From Dickeya solani IPO 2222 (GTDB taxonomy: Bacteria > Pseudomonadota > Gammaproteobacteria > Enterobacterales > Enterobacteriaceae), in contig NZ_CP015137.1 in NCBI RefSeq assembly GCF_001644705.1, forward strand, positions 660,001-692,000: 32,000 bases of DNA, written 5' to 3'. Positions 1-8,898 of this stretch are shown piece after piece. The position numbers and the translations under genes are program-made. The notes under the pieces are model-generated. The model saw only the letters and a list, made by a program, of their open reading frames with translations. It searched no databases and was not told where the DNA came from. Every line of letters begins with the position of its first letter. Within the stretch, counting starts at the first letter, position 1.

Positions 1-564
1 ATAGCCATCGCCGCCCAAAAGCCCGATCTCGTGATGCTGGATAACTATCTGCCCGATGGCACCGGGATCGACATCATGAAACATCTGCGCACCACACAGC
101 CGGATATCGACGTCATTTTCATCACCGCCGCCAACGACATCGACACGATTAAAACCGCGATACGCCACGGCGCCTGTGACTATCTGGTAAAACCGTTCAT
201 GCTGGAAAGGCTGGAAGAAGCATTAAAAAACTATCTGATGTTCAGCAGAAAGGTACGCCAGAAATCGCACCTGCCACAGGAAGAGATCGATCGCGTGATA
301 CGCCAGTCGATCCCCTATAGCGCACCGGCCGGATTCATTTATCCGAAAGGCATTGATGAACTGACGCTCAATCAGGTGCGGGCGGCATTTTCCGGCGAGA
401 ACGTCCAGCACACCGCCGACAGCCTGAGCGACACGATCGGTATCAGCAAGTCCACCGCCCGGCGCTATCTGGAATACTGCAAAAACATCAAACTGCTGGA
501 AGCGCACATCCAGCACGGCACCGTCGGACGCCCCCAACGCTTCTACCGTCTGACCTTCAATTAA
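1..564 (+). CDS. Two-component response regulator, CitB/DcuR family (5'-truncated by window edge)
   Basis: The reading frame is open from nt 1 (IAIAAQKPDLVMLDNYLPDGTGIDIM...). Receiver-domain motifs are present (LVKPF), and the C-terminal HTH (ISKSTARRYLEYC...HGTVGRPQRFYRL) is typical of DcuR/CitB regulators. Stop at 562-564. Confidence 0.8.
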   Translation: MAIAAQKPDLVMLDNYLPDGTGIDIMKHLRTTQPDIDVIFITAANDIDTIKTAIRHGACDYLVKPFMLERLEEALKNYLMFSRKVRQKSHLPQEEIDRVIRQSIPYSAPAGFIYPKGIDELTLNQVRAAFSGENVQHTADSLSDTIGISKSTARRYLEYCKNIKLLEAHIQHGTVGRPQRFYRLTFN

Positions 565-647
565 CCGGCAACCGCACGTCCCTCACACATCCCGGCCCTG
601 CTGACCATCCGAGTCGCCCGTGCGGGCAGCTCGGCCGGTTCCTCCCG

Positions 648-2138
648 TCAGTGATCCTGACGCTTCAGCACCTGCACCGCACAGGCGATATCCGGCGCCA
701 GCCAGCGATCCTCCTGCCAGGCAGCGACGTGTTGACGCAACGCTTGCCAGGCCCGGTGCGTTCCGGTTCCGGCGTTCTCCGGGCCGAGAAACTCCAGCGC
801 CTGCGCCGCCAGCAGATACTCAATCGCCAGCACGTGCCAGACGTTTTCGGTCAGCTTCAGCAACTTGAGCGCCGCCGGGGTACCCATGCTGAGGTGATCT
901 TCCTGCAAGCCGGAGGTGACGAAATTATCCACCACGGCGGGCTGCGCCAGTTGGCGGTTCTCGCCGCACAGCGACGCTGCCACATACTGGGCGATCATCA
1001 TGCCGGAATTCACCCCCGGCTGGGCGACCAGAAATGGCGGTAAACCGCTCACCAGCGGATTGATCAACCGATCAAGCCGACGCTCCGCCACCCCGGCCAG
1101 CTCGCATAACGCCAGCGCCAGACTGTCCGCCGCCAGCGCCACCGCTTCGCCATGCGGATTCGCCTGCGACACCACCCGCCACTGTTCCGGCGTCCCCAGC
1201 ACCAGCGGATTGTCGGTGGCGGCATTCAGTTCCATCTCGATGCGCTGCGCCGACGAGGCAAACTGATCGCGGCAGGCGCCGTGAATTTGCGGGATGGAAC
1301 GCAGGCTCAGCGCATCCTGCGTGCGGATGCCTTCACTCTCGGCGATGATCCGGCTCCCGGCCAACAGGGCGCGCAAACGCTGCCCGACCTGCTGAATGCC
1401 CACGCTCGGTTTCAGCGCCAGCACCTCGGCGTCAAACGCCACCACCTGCCCGCGCAGCGCCTCAAAACTCATCGCGCCGGTCACATCGGCCCAGTCCAAC
1501 TGCCGTGCGGCGTCATCCAACGCCAGACAGGCCAGCCCGGTCATGCACGGCGTACCGTTGACCAGCGATAAGCCGTCTTTCGCCCCCAGCGTCACCGGCG
1601 TGAGACCAATGTGCTGCAACGCCTCCTGCGCCGGCAGCACCTGCCCGTGCAGTTCCACCTCGCCGACGCCGATCAGTGCCAGCCCGATATGCGCCATATG
1701 GGTGAGATACCCGACCGAGCCCTGCGACGGCACGCACGGCGTGGCACCCTGATTCAGCAGCGTCAGCAGCGCCTGCACGATCGCCGGCTGAATCCCGGAC
1801 TTGCCGTGACTGTAATTGGCGATCGCCGCACACAGGATGGCGCGGGTCTGTTCAACGGACAGCCGCGGCCCCACGCCGCAAGCGTGGCTCAGCAAGGTAT
1901 TGCGCGACAGCCGCGCCAGATCCGCCACCGGCAGAGTGACATTGCATAACGCGCCCAGCCCGGTATTCACCCCATAGGCCAGCGTTTCGCTGGCCACGAT
2001 CTGCTCCACAATGCACCGCGACTGATGCATGCGGCGCCAGGCCGCGTCGCTCAGACTCAGGCGCGCGCCGTAACGGGCCACCTGCACCAGTTCGCGCCAT
2101 GCCAGCGGCCCGTCGCCCCAGCACACTTCAGTGTTCAT
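648..2138 (-). CDS. Histidine/aromatic amino acid ammonia-lyase family protein (HutH-like paralog) lacking the MIO-forming Ala-Ser-Gly triad
   Basis: The 496-aa ORF is collinear with HutH: YGVNTGLG, SHACG, LVNGT, NPHGEA, VNSGMMIAQY, QEDHLSM. At the MIO position it reads GSVGYLTHMAH instead of GSVGASGDLAPLAHM. It starts 12 nt downstream of the ABC ATPase stop. Confidence 0.85.
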   Translation of the reverse strand: MNTEVCWGDGPLAWRELVQVARYGARLSLSDAAWRRMHQSRCIVEQIVASETLAYGVNTGLGALCNVTLPVADLARLSRNTLLSHACGVGPRLSVEQTRAILCAAIANYSHGKSGIQPAIVQALLTLLNQGATPCVPSQGSVGYLTHMAHIGLALIGVGEVELHGQVLPAQEALQHIGLTPVTLGAKDGLSLVNGTPCMTGLACLALDDAARQLDWADVTGAMSFEALRGQVVAFDAEVLALKPSVGIQQVGQRLRALLAGSRIIAESEGIRTQDALSLRSIPQIHGACRDQFASSAQRIEMELNAATDNPLVLGTPEQWRVVSQANPHGEAVALAADSLALALCELAGVAERRLDRLINPLVSGLPPFLVAQPGVNSGMMIAQYVAASLCGENRQLAQPAVVDNFVTSGLQEDHLSMGTPAALKLLKLTENVWHVLAIEYLLAAQALEFLGPENAGTGTHRAWQALRQHVAAWQEDRWLAPDIACAVQVLKRQDH

Positions 2139-2150
2139 ACCCTTGCCTTC

Positions 2151-2933
2151 CTATACCGTCTGGTGACTGGCGATGAATTGTTGAAAACGCGGCGAGCTTT
2201 CGCCGCCAAACATGGCGTCGGGCGTCCCCTCGCAGTCAATCCGCCCCTGATGCATGAACACCACCCGGCTGGACACGTGGCGGGCAAACCCCATTTCATG
2301 GGTGACCACCAGCATCGTGCGCCCCTCTTCGGCCAGCCCGCGCATCACCTTCAGCACGTCGCCGACCAGTTCCGGGTCCAGCGCCGAGGTCGGCTCATCG
2401 AACAGCATGACTTCAGGTTCCATCGACAGCGCCCGGGCAATCGCCACCCGCTGCTGCTGGCCGCCGGAGAGCTGCGTCGGATAAAAATGCCGCCGCTCAT
2501 ACAACCCGACTTTCGCCAGCAGGGCTTCGGCCTGCCCGACACATTCGGCACGTGAGCGCCCGAGGATATGCTGTGGCCCTTCAATGACGTTCTGCATGAC
2601 CGTCATATGGCTCCACAGGTTGAAATTCTGGAACACCATGCCCAGCCGGGCGCGCAGCCGCTCAACCTGACGGCGGTCAGCCGCGACCTGATGGCCCTGT
2701 TTGTGGCGCTTCATCAGGATCATTTCGCCGCTGACGGCGACCGTGCCGGCGTCCGGCGTCTCCAGTAGATTGATGCAACGCAAAAAAGTGCTCTTACCCG
2801 ACCCACTGGCGCCCAGCAGCGAAATCACCTCGCCTTTGCGCGCATCCAGCGAGATCCCCTTAAGCACCTCAAGCGCACCGAATGACTTACGGATATCGAT
2901 CATCGATAAGGTTATGGGGGCGGTTTTATTCAT
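2151..2933 (-). CDS. Polar amino acid ABC transporter ATP-binding protein (HisP/GlnQ-like)
   Basis: Walker [10 protein letters not shown], signature [15 protein letters not shown], Walker [13 protein letters not shown] chose the start at [18 protein letters not shown] (ATG 2933), which overlaps the upstream permease stop by 8 nt. The 286-aa track ORF has a spurious N-terminal extension. Confidence 0.9.
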   Translation of the reverse strand: MNKTAPITLSMIDIRKSFGALEVLKGISLDARKGEVISLLGASGSGKSTFLRCINLLETPDAGTVAVSGEMILMKRHKQGHQVAADRRQVERLRARLGMVFQNFNLWSHMTVMQNVIEGPQHILGRSRAECVGQAEALLAKVGLYERRHFYPTQLSGGQQQRVAIARALSMEPEVMLFDEPTSALDPELVGDVLKVMRGLAEEGRTMLVVTHEMGFARHVSSRVVFMHQGRIDCEGTPDAMFGGESSPRFQQFIASHQTV

Positions 2934-3642
2934 GCTCTCTCCCGGAAGACGCCGACACAGCGGCCAGATTTGGCGATAAGGTGCGTTCCAGCCAGGCAAA
3001 TACCCTGACAATAATGAAATTCAGCAACAGGTAGATCAGCGCGGCGCAGGCAAACACTTCCAGCGTGCGGTAAGTGCGCTGGATGATCTGTTGCGCCACG
3101 CCGGTGACATCCCATACCGTGACCAAACTGGCCAGCGCGGTGGATTTGATCAGCAAAATCGCCTCGGTCGACCAGGCAGGCAACGCATGGCGCAGGGCGA
3201 CCGGCGCAATGATGCGGCGCAGCAGCAGCCAGCGCGACATGCCGCACGCCAGACCCGCTTCAATCTGCCCGGCCGGAATCGATAACAGCGCGCCGCGCAG
3301 AATTTCCGCCGTATAACCGGCGGTGCACAACGCCAGCGCCACCACCGCGCAACTGAACGGATCGCGCAGCACCGGCCAGAACAGGCTGTCGCGCACCACG
3401 CTGAACTGCCCCAGTCCGTAATAGATCAGAAATAGCTGAATCAGCAGCGGCGTGCCGCGAAAGATCAGCATATAAAGACGGGCAAACCCGCTCAGCGGCC
3501 AGACACCGCTGACCCGCATCGCCACCAGCAGCACCGAGAGCGTCGCGCCCAGGGCGAACGAGGAAAAAAACAGCCCCAGCGTCACCGGCAACGCCGACAG
3601 TAACCGCAGGAACGTCTGGGTCAGAAAGGCGATATCGATCAT
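2926..3642 (-). CDS. Polar amino acid ABC transporter permease (HisM-like)
   Basis: Begins [15 protein letters not shown]; multi-TM protein with an EAA-like loop ([30 protein letters not shown]). Its ATG overlaps the stop of the upstream permease in an ATGA junction. The 390-aa track ORF is an artefactual upstream extension. Confidence 0.85.
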   Translation of the reverse strand: MIDIAFLTQTFLRLLSALPVTLGLFFSSFALGATLSVLLVAMRVSGVWPLSGFARLYMLIFRGTPLLIQLFLIYYGLGQFSVVRDSLFWPVLRDPFSCAVVALALCTAGYTAEILRGALLSIPAGQIEAGLACGMSRWLLLRRIIAPVALRHALPAWSTEAILLIKSTALASLVTVWDVTGVAQQIIQRTYRTLEVFACAALIYLLLNFIIVRVFAWLERTLSPNLAAVSASSGREHE

Positions 3643-4361
3643 GACGGCTCCTGCATCGTCTTGCGGTGATAAGGCTGGGACAAGGTTTGCTCCAGCCGGG
3701 CAAACGCGGTATTGGAAAACACGGTCAGGATCAGATAGATCGCCGCACCAGCGAGGTAAAACAGGAAATAGTCGCGGGTCGAACCGGCCGCCATCTGGCT
3801 GGCGCGCATCAGTTCGACAATGCCGGTGACCGACACCAGCGCCGAATCCTTCAGGCTCATCTGCCAGACGTTGGACAGCCCCGGCAGGGCAAAGCGCATC
3901 ACCTGCGGCAACAAGATCCGCACCCCGATGCGCCAGCGCGACATGCCGATGGCGCGGGCGGCTTCCAGTTCGCCGGTATTCACCGCCAGACGCGCCGCAC
4001 GGTACACCTCTCCCTGATACGAGGCCGAAATCAGGCCAATCGCCAGCGCGCCGATCAGGAAAGGCGGCAGTTCGAGAAACCCGTCGGCGCCAAACCAACG
4101 CCCGACCTGCGTGAGCACGCCGGAACCGCCAAAATAAAACAGATAAATGATCAGCAGTTCCGGGATGCCGCGAAACACGATGGAATAGGTTTCCCCGGCC
4201 ACGCGCCAGACCCGGCGCGTGGACAGTTTAGCCGCGGCAACCGCCGCGCCGACTAATGCGCCAATGAGCAGCGCCACCGTCGTCAGACACAACGTGGTCA
4301 GCGCGGCCATCGCCAGCAGGCTTCCCCACCCCTGATCACTGAAACCTAACAGGGTCAGCAT
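3639..4361 (-). CDS. Polar amino acid ABC transporter permease (HisQ-like)
   Basis: 240 aa, hydrophobic, with EAA loop EAARAIGMSRWRIGVRILLPQVMRFALPGLSN. Starts 15 nt downstream of the SBP gene stop. Confidence 0.85.
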   Translation of the reverse strand: MLTLLGFSDQGWGSLLAMAALTTLCLTTVALLIGALVGAAVAAAKLSTRRVWRVAGETYSIVFRGIPELLIIYLFYFGGSGVLTQVGRWFGADGFLELPPFLIGALAIGLISASYQGEVYRAARLAVNTGELEAARAIGMSRWRIGVRILLPQVMRFALPGLSNVWQMSLKDSALVSVTGIVELMRASQMAAGSTRDYFLFYLAGAAIYLILTVFSNTAFARLEQTLSQPYHRKTMQEPS

Positions 4362-4376
4362 ACCGTTTCCTCAATC

Positions 4377-5234
4377 TCAGGGAGTGACGTCCGTTTTGAA
4401 CCACTTCTCACTGAGCGTTTTCACCGTTCCGTCCGCCAGCGCTGTTTTAATAGCCGCATCAAATTTTGCCTTCAGCTCCGGATCGCTTTTACGAAAGCCC
4501 AGCGCTTCCCCTTCCCCCCAGATAGGTCCGGTCAGTTGCGGACCGCCTAACGTCAGGTTGTTGTTTTCCGGTTTGCTGAGGATGGAATTGGCAAAGGTGA
4601 CATCGTCAAACACCGCATCGATGCGCCCCGCCTGCAAATCCAGAATGGCATCGGCGGACGCGGTGTATTCACGCACGGTGGCGACATCCCGGAAGTAGGC
4701 GTCGATGAAAGGCGTATAAACGGTGCCGGAAGCAATACCGATGGTTTTGCCCTGCAACGCGCCGCGCAGGCCGGCTACCGCCGGTTTAATCTGGGCGGGA
4801 TCATTCGCCAGTTTAATCATCGCCTTGTCGGCCTCGACGGGCAGCGCCAGCTTGCCCTTAATAGTAATAAAGCTGGCCGGCGTCGATGCATAGGGCAGGG
4901 AGAAGTCCACCACCTGTTTACGCTCCGGGGTAATTACGATGGCATCCATCATCACGTCGAACTTGCCGGCCTGCAGACCGGCGATCATGCCGTCCCAGTT
5001 TTGCACCACCAGCTTGCACTGGATGTTCATCCGCTGGCACAGGATCGTCATCAGTTCCGGTTCAAACCCGCCCAGCTTGCCGCCCGGCAAGGTCAGGTTC
5101 CAGGGTTCGTAGCTGCCTTCCGTCGCGATAGTCACCGACTTCCACTCTTTAGCCTGCGCCCCTGCGCAGAATGCCGCCGCCGCGCTCACAACACATACCG
5201 CCATCACCGATCGAAAAAGTGTGTTCTTCTTCAT
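4377..5234 (-). CDS. Periplasmic substrate-binding protein, HisJ/ArgT (PBPb, family 3) type
   Basis: Start chosen at MKKNTLFRSVMAVCVVSAAAAFCAGAQA (signal peptide ending AQA), preceded by a GGGGAAGG Shine-Dalgarno. The mature part has the family-3 SBP pattern (WKSVTIATEGSYEPWN..., FDVMMDAIVITPERK, GIASGT). Confidence 0.85.
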   Translation of the reverse strand: MKKNTLFRSVMAVCVVSAAAAFCAGAQAKEWKSVTIATEGSYEPWNLTLPGGKLGGFEPELMTILCQRMNIQCKLVVQNWDGMIAGLQAGKFDVMMDAIVITPERKQVVDFSLPYASTPASFITIKGKLALPVEADKAMIKLANDPAQIKPAVAGLRGALQGKTIGIASGTVYTPFIDAYFRDVATVREYTASADAILDLQAGRIDAVFDDVTFANSILSKPENNNLTLGGPQLTGPIWGEGEALGFRKSDPELKAKFDAAIKTALADGTVKTLSEKWFKTDVTP

Positions 5235-5271
5235 GCCTTCCCCCTGATGTTTCACCGTCAAAGTAATTACA

Positions 5272-5281
5272 TGTATATACA
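5272..5281. promoter_or_regulatory. Candidate HutC/GntR-type operator (TGTATATACA) upstream of the ABC importer operon
   Basis: Perfect 10-bp palindrome TGTATATACA, 38 bp upstream of the SBP start codon. It fits the TGTA-N2-TACA pattern that I recall for HutC operators, and it matches the motif found at 7389-7408 and 7566-7575. Confidence 0.45.
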
Positions 5282-5388
5282 ACATCAAATAAGCAGCAAA
5301 ATTCAGGCCATGATTTCAATCACCTGCCAAATCAGGCCCGGTAACGGTTATCAGGGCATAGCAAAGCATCAGAAAAGGATATTCGGGG

Positions 5389-5412
5389 GTGCACCGCACA
5401 ACCGCGGTGCAC
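5389..5412 (-). terminator. GC-rich stem-loop just downstream of hutD (possible terminator or attenuator between hutD and the ABC operon)
   Basis: GTGCACCGC-acaacc-GCGGTGCAC: 9-bp perfect stem with a 6-nt loop, about 35 nt after the hutD stop. There is no clean U-tract directly after it on the minus strand. Confidence 0.3.
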
Positions 5413-5446
5413 AATGATCGTGCAACTGGATGATGCACAAAGCAGA

Positions 5447-5989
5447 TTATCGGGCGTGAATCGTCGTCAGGAGCAGCGCGGCATGGTCGTCATCAGGCGT
5501 CCAGCGCGCGCCCGAAGACCGCCACCAGCCGCCCTCCCCGGCAGCCAGTCGGTGTGCGCCGACACGCCAGTGTCCTGCCAGCACATACGCCACGCCGTCC
5601 GTATCCGATGCCGTCGCACCGTTAACTAGCGCTACGTCTGCCCGATAACGACGGCGATCGACCATAATATTGAAGTCCAGACTAACGCCGCCGCATAGCC
5701 GCGCCGCGATCGCCAGCTCGCCGGCGAAGGTGAACGGCTGATGCAGCGTCAGCCGGTGCAGCCAAGCCTCGCCGCACAGATCCACGCCGTCGCCGGACAG
5801 CAGGGTGATCACCCGGTCCACGCCGGGAAAACAGGAAAAATCGCCGTCGCGCTCGATAGTGGCGATACTGGCGCGCCAGGCAAAATCGCCGCCGGGTTCA
5901 TCCGACGGTATCCGGCAGATTTCACGGGTTTCGCCGCCGCCGTTTTTCCAGCGACTGACCGGCAAGGTATTCAGGCTGAAGGTTTGCAT
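5447..5989 (-). CDS. hutD: HutD-family protein
   Basis: Start at MQTFSLNTLPVSRWKNGGGETREI, the characteristic HutD/Ves N-terminus. Its ATG overlaps the hutF TGA by 1 nt (TGATG). The track ORF carries a 35-aa spurious extension. Confidence 0.8.
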   Translation of the reverse strand: MQTFSLNTLPVSRWKNGGGETREICRIPSDEPGGDFAWRASIATIERDGDFSCFPGVDRVITLLSGDGVDLCGEAWLHRLTLHQPFTFAGELAIAARLCGGVSLDFNIMVDRRRYRADVALVNGATASDTDGVAYVLAGHWRVGAHRLAAGEGGWWRSSGARWTPDDDHAALLLTTIHAR

Positions 5990-7353
5990 CACATCAGCGC
6001 CTGCAATGTTTTCATGACCTCGATAAACCGGGCGTCGACCTCCTCGTCCAGCGCGTGCCGCCCGTCTTCGATCACCGGTTTGCCCGCCACCCACACATCG
6101 CGGATCTGTTGACGATCGCCGGCAAACAGCCAGCGGTTGAGCAGGCTGTCGTCAGGGAGCGCGCTTAGCAGAGCATCTTCGCGCAGCACCAGCCAGTCAG
6201 CGCGCCAGCCGGCGCTCAGTTCGCCGACCGGCACCCGGCAGGCCTGTGCGCCGCCCTGCAACGCCTGACGATACAACAAGCTGCCGACCGCCGGTTGCTG
6301 CGCCGTCGCCACCCGGTTACGGCGGCGATCGCGCAGGCGCTGGCCGTATTCCAGCCAGCGCAGTTCCTCCACCACATTCAGCGACACATGGCTGTCGGAA
6401 CCGATGCCCCAACGCCCACCCAGCGCCACGTAACGGTCGAGCGGGAAAATACCGTCGCCCAGATTGGCTTCGGTGGTCGGGCACAATCCGGCCACCGCCA
6501 GGCTGCCGGCCAACCGACTCAGTTCCTGTTCATCCAAATGGGTGGCATGCACCAGACACCAGCGGGCATCCACCGCAAACCGGTTGAACAGCCACTGCAC
6601 CGGGCGTTCGCCGCTCCAGTTCAGGCAGTCGTCCACCTCTTTTTGCTGTTCGGCGATATGGATATGCACCGGCAGGCTGCTGTCGGTCGCTTCCAACACA
6701 TCTTCCATCTGGTTCTGGCTGACCGCGCGCAGCGAATGGAAACACAGCCCGTGATTGAGCAACGGATAAGGCTGAATCAGCGCCGCCAGCGTTTCCTGCT
6801 GACGCAGGTAGTGATCCACATCCTGAATAAAACGCGCCTGCCCCGGCTGCGGCGGCTGCGCGCCGAATCCGCTGTAGCTGTAAAGCACCGGCAGCAGGGT
6901 CTGGCCGATGCCGACCCGCTGCGCCGCCGCCAGCAAATGACGCAACATGTCATGCTGACGGTACGGTTTGCCGTGCGGGTCGTGGTGCAGATAATGAAAT
7001 TCCGCCACCTGACTGTAGCCGCCCTTGAGCATATCGATATACAGCCGGGTGGCGATCACCCCCACCTGCTCCGGCGTCAGATTCGCGACCATGCGGTACA
7101 TCAGGTCACGCCAGGTCCAGAAGCTGTCCTGCGGATCACCAGCCACCTCCGCCAACCCGGCCATCGCGCGCTGAAAAGCGTGCGAATGCAGGTTGACCAC
7201 CGTCGGCAGCACAATGCCGGTTAGCTGCTGTGCGCCTTCCGGCGAGGCATCCGGCGTGACGGATTGCAAATACCCCAGTTCATCCACTTCCAGACGCACA
7301 TTGCGCGCCATTCCCTGCGGCAACAGCGCGCGCGCGGCAAAATAAACGGACAT
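5989..7353 (-). CDS. hutF: Formimidoylglutamate deiminase
   Basis: 454 aa, near-collinear with Pseudomonas HutF as I recall it: NLHSHAFQRAMAGLAEVAG, DSFWTWRDLMYRMV, LCFHSLRAV, VHIHIAEQQKEVDDC, GIGSDSHVSLNVVEELRWLEYGQRLRDRRRN. Confidence 0.9.
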   Translation of the reverse strand: MSVYFAARALLPQGMARNVRLEVDELGYLQSVTPDASPEGAQQLTGIVLPTVVNLHSHAFQRAMAGLAEVAGDPQDSFWTWRDLMYRMVANLTPEQVGVIATRLYIDMLKGGYSQVAEFHYLHHDPHGKPYRQHDMLRHLLAAAQRVGIGQTLLPVLYSYSGFGAQPPQPGQARFIQDVDHYLRQQETLAALIQPYPLLNHGLCFHSLRAVSQNQMEDVLEATDSSLPVHIHIAEQQKEVDDCLNWSGERPVQWLFNRFAVDARWCLVHATHLDEQELSRLAGSLAVAGLCPTTEANLGDGIFPLDRYVALGGRWGIGSDSHVSLNVVEELRWLEYGQRLRDRRRNRVATAQQPAVGSLLYRQALQGGAQACRVPVGELSAGWRADWLVLREDALLSALPDDSLLNRWLFAGDRQQIRDVWVAGKPVIEDGRHALDEEVDARFIEVMKTLQALM

Positions 7354-7388
7354 AGCGACATCCTGTTGGTGATCATCGTTGGCAATAT

Positions 7389-7408
7389 TGTATAGACATA
7401 TCTATACA
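7389..7408. promoter_or_regulatory. Candidate HutC-type operator pair (TGTATAGACA / TATCTATACA) upstream of hutF
   Basis: TGTATAGA-CATA-TCTATACA: perfect 8-bp arms with a 4-bp centre. Read as 10-mers it is two abutting copies of TGTATAGA[CT]A in inverted orientation. It lies 36-55 bp upstream of the hutF start. Confidence 0.55.
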
Positions 7409-7563
7409 CCAAAGTTAGCTGCACATGACATAAGGCTTTTTTATTGCGCATTTTTTATTGTGCATGAGAGAAACCGGTTAACTGCCGGTACTGTGACGGA
7501 GAAAGTGAATAAGAAATTCCTATTCCGTCACAGCTTGCTGAAATCCTGCGGTGGGGCGTATAA

Positions 7564-7577
7564 CTTGTCTATACAAG
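7564..7577. promoter_or_regulatory. Candidate HutC-type operator upstream of hutI
   Basis: CTTGTCTATACAAG; its reverse complement CTTGTATAGACAAG contains TGTATAGACA. It lies about 107 bp upstream of the hutI ATG in the hutF/hutI divergent region. Confidence 0.5.
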
Positions 7578-7683
7578 ACTATACCCATCATACTTCGAGT
7601 TACAGGTGCGTGGCGTTATTCAACACGCCAGCGTGTTGCCCTGCAACTCGAATTATTTTAGTTATATAACAAGGAAATACAGC

Positions 7684-8898
7684 ATGACGATAGCCTGTGA
7701 CAGCCTGTGGCTGGGCGCCGATCTGGTCACTCTGCGTGGCGGCCGCTATCAGGTGATTGAGGATGGCGCGCTGGCCGTTACCGCCGGCCGCATCGTCTGG
7801 CTGGGGGCGCGGCAAGCCTTGCCCGCTATCGCGCCGTCGCGCGTCACCGATTTTGGCGGCGGCATCATTACGCCCGGTTTTATCGACTGCCATACCCATC
7901 TGGTGTTTGGCGGCGATCGCAGCGGCGAATTCGAACAGCGCCTCAACGGCGTCAGCTATGCCGACATCGCCGCAGCGGGCGGCGGCATTCTGGCCACCGT
8001 CAACGCCACCCGGCAGGCGGATCACGACAGCCTGTTCGCCTCGGCGCTCGCGCGTTTGCGGCCGTTACTGGCCGAAGGCGTCACCACGCTGGAGATCAAG
8101 TCCGGCTACGGGCTGGATGTGGACAGCGAGCTGAAAATGCTGCGGGTGATCCGCGAACTGGGGCGGCAGCAGCCGGTGCAGATTGTCTCCACCTGTCTGG
8201 CTGCCCACGCCATCCCGCCGGAATTCAGGCAGCAGCCGGAGGCGTGGATCGATCTTGTCTGCCGCGAACTGCTGCCGGCGGTGGTCAACGAAGGGCTGGC
8301 CGACGCCGTTGATGCCTTCTGCGAACATCTGGCGTTCAGCCCGGCGCAGGTAGAACGGCTGTTTCAGGCGGCGCAAACGCACAAGCTGCCGGTCAAGCTG
8401 CATGCCGAGCAATTATCGTCACTGCATGGCAGCGCGCTGGCCGCACGCTTTCAGGCGCTGTCCGCCGATCATCTGGAATACGCCACCGAACAGGACGTGG
8501 CGGCGATGGCCGCGGCGGGAACGGTGGCGGTGCTGTTGCCCGGCGCCTATTACCTGCTGCGGGAAACCCAATGCCCACCGGTCGACCTGTTCCGCCGCCA
8601 CGGCGTGCCGATGGCGATCGCCAGCGACTGCAACCCCGGCACCTCGCCCGCGCTATCGCTGCGACTGATGCTGAACATGGCCTGCACCCTGTTCCGGCTG
8701 ACGCCGGAAGAAGCGCTGGCCGGGGTAACGTTGCACGCGGCCCGCGCGCTGGGACTGGAACAGAGCCACGGCTCGCTGGAAACCGGCAAGGTGGCGGATT
8801 TCGTACACTGGCCGCTGGCGCGCCCGGCGGAACTGGCTTACTGGCTGGGCGGTCAACTGCCCTGCACCACGATTTTTCGCGGAGAACAACGTCCATGA
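7684..8898 (+). CDS. hutI: Imidazolonepropionase
   Basis: Start at [17 protein letters not shown] with an AAGGAA SD upstream. Amidohydrolase metal motif [13 protein letters not shown], then EIKSGYGL, and [10 protein letters not shown] near the C-terminus. Confidence 0.92.
   Translation: MTIACDSLWLGADLVTLRGGRYQVIEDGALAVTAGRIVWLGARQALPAIAPSRVTDFGGGIITPGFIDCHTHLVFGGDRSGEFEQRLNGVSYADIAAAGGGILATVNATRQADHDSLFASALARLRPLLAEGVTTLEIKSGYGLDVDSELKMLRVIRELGRQQPVQIVSTCLAAHAIPPEFRQQPEAWIDLVCRELLPAVVNEGLADAVDAFCEHLAFSPAQVERLFQAAQTHKLPVKLHAEQLSSLHGSALAARFQALSADHLEYATEQDVAAMAAAGTVAVLLPGAYYLLRETQCPPVDLFRRHGVPMAIASDCNPGTSPALSLRLMLNMACTLFRLTPEEALAGVTLHAARALGLEQSHGSLETGKVADFVHWPLARPAELAYWLGGQLPCTTIFRGEQRP

Noticed and set aside
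609-634. Nested GC hairpin CCGAG-tc-GCCCG-tg-CGGGC-ag-CTCGG between the response regulator and the HAL-like gene.
   Set aside because: It could be a shared terminator for the convergent genes. It has no U-tract on either strand, so I do not call it as a feature.
620-1043. Pro/Arg/Ala-rich ORFs (620-868 and 651-1043, plus strand) at the convergent junction after the response regulator.
   Set aside because: They are antisense to the 3' end of the HAL-like gene and low-complexity. They are high-GC frame artefacts.
2926-4098. 390-aa ORF suggesting a much larger permease. Similar N-terminal extensions affect 8571-9695 (374 aa), 19163-20614 (483 aa), 9724-11814 (696 aa), 5447-6094 and 7606-8898.
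   Set aside because: The extensions run through the upstream gene or AT-rich leader DNA and translate to non-protein-like sequence. Internal starts with Shine-Dalgarno sites, ATGA/TGATG coupling and family-typical N-termini fit far better.
7430-7444. ATA-N9-TAT (NAC-type) match, and a nearby 11-bp direct repeat TTATTGCGCAT / TTATTGTGCAT (7441-7466), in the hutF/hutI intergenic region.
   Set aside because: The NAC core has only 6 specified bases and sits in AT-rich DNA, so a chance match is likely. The direct repeat has no known cognate factor. It is noted but not supportable as a site.
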